Source: a virus
Lineage: Duplodnaviria; Caudoviricetes
Strand: one strand, 5' to 3'
Virus record (IMG/VR): IMGVR_UViG_3300022666_000164
Span: 1 to 42,152 of that record
DNA: 42,152 nucleotides
Within the stretch, counting starts at the first letter, position 1, and each line of letters opens with the position of its first letter. The notes beneath the pieces are model-generated. The model saw only the letters and a list, made by a program, of their open reading frames with translations. It made no database searches and was not told where the DNA came from. This document shows, piece after piece, positions 40,760-42,152 of the stretch. The translations under genes were made by a program, and so were the position numbers.

Positions 40760-40852
40760 CAAAAGCGCCCTGCAACTATCGCAGGGCGCTATACTTGAGA
40801 AAACCGTGACTTCCTCATGCCTCTATGATATACCCGCTTTCTATCCTGTCAA
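40760..40852 (-). promoter_or_regulatory. Late-operon promoter followed by an intrinsic terminator
   Basis: TTGACA (40852-40847)-16 bp-TATCAT; hairpin agcgccctgc-gatagtt-gcagggcgct plus U-rich tail at 40790-40760. Confidence 0.65.
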
Positions 40853-40879
40853 GGGGTTGTTTCAGTTTTTAGTCAATTT

Positions 40880-41701
40880 TTAAAATAACGGTGGCGTTAC
40901 CGGTGAGTTATGATCATCATCTGCTACGGACAGCAAACTTTGCCCGAAGAGCGGGACAGGGGTAGCAAGTAACCTGCGCTCTGCGAGGCTGACATATTCA
41001 GGACTGATTTCAATACCGATGTAATGGCGGGATAACATCTTTGCCATTTTCAAAGTAGTGCCAGAGCCGCAAAAACAATCAAGCACTATATCACCTTCGT
41101 TTGACCATGAAAGAATGTGGTCATGTGCAAGTTGTTCAGGGTAAACCGCTGGATGACCTAAATTATTACCGCCAGATGGATAATACCAAATGCAACCTTT
41201 TACCTTTTTATCACCTGTTGGCTTTCGATGAAAAGCGGCTTTCAGGTTGCCATTTGCTTGACGATATGTTCCACGCTTACCACCAGGATTGAGCGTGTTT
41301 TCCATAAGCAGATTTGTTGTTTTAGGTTTACCCTTCGAGAATACGAACATATATTCAAACTCTGCTTGATAGCGATTGTCATTCATTGGCGGCTTGTCGG
41401 TTTGATAAATCATCGTATCGTGAAGATTGAAGCCGCACTCTTTGAAATATAAAGCCTGCCTGAATGATGTGCCTGTCTCGCTTCCGTTCACCGTTGCGTC
41501 ACCTACCACCCACACCACCACCCCGCCCGGCTTGGTCACGCGGTACAACTGGCGGGCAATCGTTTCAAAATCGAACACAAAGCCGTTATAGGTTCGGAGA
41601 TTGTCGTAAGGCGGGGATGTGACGGTAAGGTCGATACACTCAGGCTCAAAGCCTTGCAAGACTACTGCGCTATCACCTGTAATGATGGTATCAAGTTCCA
41701 T
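40880..41701 (-). CDS. Beta-class N6/N4 DNA methyltransferase
   Basis: TSPPY, HPAVYP, LDCFCGSGTT; GGAGG before MELD; AT-rich. Confidence 0.92.
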   Translation of the reverse strand: MELDTIITGDSAVVLQGFEPECIDLTVTSPPYDNLRTYNGFVFDFETIARQLYRVTKPGGVVVWVVGDATVNGSETGTSFRQALYFKECGFNLHDTMIYQTDKPPMNDNRYQAEFEYMFVFSKGKPKTTNLLMENTLNPGGKRGTYRQANGNLKAAFHRKPTGDKKVKGCIWYYPSGGNNLGHPAVYPEQLAHDHILSWSNEGDIVLDCFCGSGTTLKMAKMLSRHYIGIEISPEYVSLAERRLLATPVPLFGQSLLSVADDDHNSPVTPPLF

Positions 41702-41860
41702 TTCCGCCTCCATTTTCGCGGTGTCAAGAGACGGTGGCGTTACAAAACGATGCGCCATGCTTTTCTCCCCTTCCAGGTCGTTTCCTCCACCGTCCCGCCG
41801 CCCTTATCCGCAATGCTCTGCGCGAGCTTGATCGCTTGCGCTGTAGCGCTTGATTCATCG

Positions 41861-42152
41861 TCAAACGGCTTGTGCCGGATACTCCCGGACCAACAAATCG
41901 GGCGGCGTCTCACCAGACCAGGCTGCCCCCATTTTCTTGAAAAAGAACAGCACGCCAGCAACCGCGCACTGATCGCGCAGGCTCCGCGCCCAGTCCGGGT
42001 GCATGGGCCGCGCACCGGGGCCGGTTTCGCCGCCCACGATCACCCAATCCATGCCTGCCAGGGGCAAATTCGGTAACGGGCCAAGCAGTGGTTCGCAGGA
42101 AAGGAACTTGACCGCTGCATGAGTCTGACGCAGCAAATGAACCCGATAGATA
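41861..42152 (-). CDS. DUF5131 protein, phage-type 3' part (continues into the repeat)
   Basis: [28 protein letters not shown]...FFFKK. Confidence 0.9.
   Translation of the reverse strand, partial: IYRVHLLRQTHAAVKFLSCEPLLGPLPNLPLAGMDWVIVGGETGPGARPMHPDWARSLRDQCAVAGVLFFFKKMGAAWSGETPPDLLVREYPAQAV
42026..42152 (+). repeat. 127-bp direct repeat, right copy at window end
   Basis: Identical to 8375-8501. Confidence 0.95.

Larger units (their letters stand above)
8375..42025. mobile_element. Apparently complete ~33.65 kb prophage / circularising tailed phage
   Basis: Replication, packaging, head and tail modules are all present. 42026-42152 is identical to 8375-8501, and joining 42025 to 8375 restores an in-frame DUF5131 gene. 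Confidence 0.85.

Noticed and set aside
42026-42152. 127-bp repeat as a true phage terminal repeat or exact att core
   Set aside because: The length matches a common assembly k-mer and the copy ends at the window edge, so the biological repeat length cannot be read.

Overview
The window has two parts. Bases 1-8374 look like a high-GC bacterial defence/mobile island. It holds a partial tyrosine recombinase with an adjacent dif-like site, a YprA/DUF1998 helicase-nuclease fused in frame to a STAS (DUF4325-like) domain, a STAS-GHKL kinase, an internally deleted AbiEii toxin and an intact AbiEi antitoxin with its operator. Bases 8375-42025 form an apparently complete ~33.65 kb tailed-phage genome with a non-contractile tail. 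The last 127 bp of the window exactly repeat 8375-8501, inside a DUF5131 (Gp37/Gp68) gene, so the phage closes into a circle and joins the host inside a host DUF5131 homologue. The phage carries replication genes (initiator with palindromic iterons, DnaB, Bet/RecT, RusA), three methyltransferases, two radical SAM genes plus DUF5131, a repeat-bounded early cassette array, a structured RNA leader, a rightward membrane-protein operon, and packaging, head and tail modules. I recognised no integrase, CI repressor or endolysin in it. All protein assignments come from motif recognition by eye; no database searches were run.
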